From Moniliella sp. 'wahieum' (lineage: Eukaryota): a DNA stretch of 64,000 nt. Below are positions 62,786 to 64,000 of this stretch, piece after piece. The position numbers were made by a program, and so were the translations under genes. Under the pieces are notes generated by a model. The model did not search any database and was not told the origin of the DNA. It was given only the letters and a program-made list of their open reading frames with translations. The stretch is from the NCBI GenBank assembly GCA_003971905.1, contig RSEE01000113.1, positions 62,001-126,000 on the forward strand, read 5' to 3'. Within the stretch, counting starts at the first letter, position 1. Every line of letters starts with the position of its first letter.

Positions 62786-64000
62786 ATGGCGCACGCCTCT
62801 GCGGACGAGCATTCCACCTCGGGCGCCTCCACCACGAACAAGCAAGGTGAAGCGCTCTCGGACTCTCCCGATACGGCACAGGGCCCCCCTCGCAAATCGC
62901 TCGAGGGCCACGTTACCTACCTCTCTACGGCCGATGCCCCGGCCGAACACGATGGTCCCCAACGCGATAAGACCAAACTGAGGATTTTAACAGAGGAGGA
63001 CTGCTACGAGGAGTTGGCGTTCTGTTGGCCTGCTTGGAAAAAATGGTTCGTTCTTCTGCTTCATCTCGTTCTCCTTCCCCTTCCCCTTCCCCTTCCCCAT
63101 CTTGTCATCTCCTATTCACATATTCGTGCACTACCTCTCGTCGGGGTGATGATTGGGGTGGCAAGATGGGAGCAAACACTTTTTGTCCTCGCTTCTGGCA
63201 CATGGTCTAACCCTTCTCCGTTTGACCAGGTGGACGCTCACGGTGATCTTTTTGATCCAGACCAGCATGAACCTCAACACCTCGCTTTACTCGAACGCCA
63301 TTGCCTCCCGTCCGCACCACAAGGGCATGACGGAAGAATTTGGCATTTCGGCTCAGGCGGCGCGGTGTGGTGCCATGGTCTTTTTGGTGACGTATGCGTT
63401 TGGCTGTCAACTCTGGGCGCCCTGGTCCGAAGAGCTTGGACGCAAAGTGACCTTGTTCACCTCGCTCTTCTTGGTCAATGTGTGGCAGATCCCCGTCGGT
63501 GTCGCCAAGAACTTTGGCACGGTCATGGCTGGTCGTGCGCTGGGCGGGTTGTGCTCGGCAGGCGGGTCGGTCACACTGGGAATGGTGGCAGACATGTACG
63601 AACCGGAGGATCACCAGTACGCGATCAACTATATTGTCCTCTCTTCTGTTGGTACGTTCTTTTCGCCCTGCTGGTCCCTGTCCAAAAATACAGAGCTTAA
63701 CTAATCTCCGCCCCCCCGTTTTGGCTTGCAGGTGGCTCGATCGTTGGCCCGATCGTTGGTGGGTTCTGTGAGCAATGGCTCGCGTGGCAATGGTGCATCT
63801 GGTTGCAACTCTGTGCCGGCGGGTTCGTTATGATCCTTGTCCTCCTCATTCCCGAGTCTCGGTCGACGACAATGATGACTGCCATCGCCAAGCGGCGACG
63901 CAAGAACGGTGAAGATGTGTGGGGCCCGAACGAGGTACTGCCTTGGCGGGAACGCTTTGCATTCAAGGAGGTCATTGCCATCTGGACCCGACCGTTTGTC
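62786..64000 (+). CDS. MFS drug:H+ antiporter (DHA1-like), truncated by the window end
   Basis: WPAWKKW|WTLTVIFLIQTSMNLNTSLYSNA, YAFGCQLWAPWSEELGRK, GRALGGL..SVTLGMVADMY and IPESR. Introns 63046-63229 and 63652-63731. Confidence 0.92.

Overview
Eukaryotic, GC-rich fungal DNA, most likely a basidiomycete (short GT-AG introns with CTRAC branch points, basidiomycete-style Tim21/Eos1). It carries about 16 protein-coding genes: a Zn2Cys6 factor, two MFS transporters, Med13, an OPT transporter, MTG1, a peroxisomal acyl-CoA ligase, RPL36, a Ykt6-derived longin protein, TIM21, TAF12, dephospho-CoA kinase, a low-complexity unknown, stomatin, an EutQ-like cupin and EOS1. There is one intact tRNA-Thr(CGT) and one decayed tRNA-like gene. 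Many genes, including essential ones, are split by frameshifts, mostly 1-nt deletions in short base runs, which looks like long-read assembly error. Top observations: (1) intergenic DNA is full of 7-bp-period arrays of a T(C/G)A triplet plus a variable 4-bp palindrome; (2) a Ykt6 paralog keeps its longin domain and CaaX tail but has replaced the R-SNARE motif with a long disordered region; (3) the RPL36 promoter pairs two E-boxes with inverted TTAGGG sites. All family calls come from motif recognition by eye; no database searches were run.
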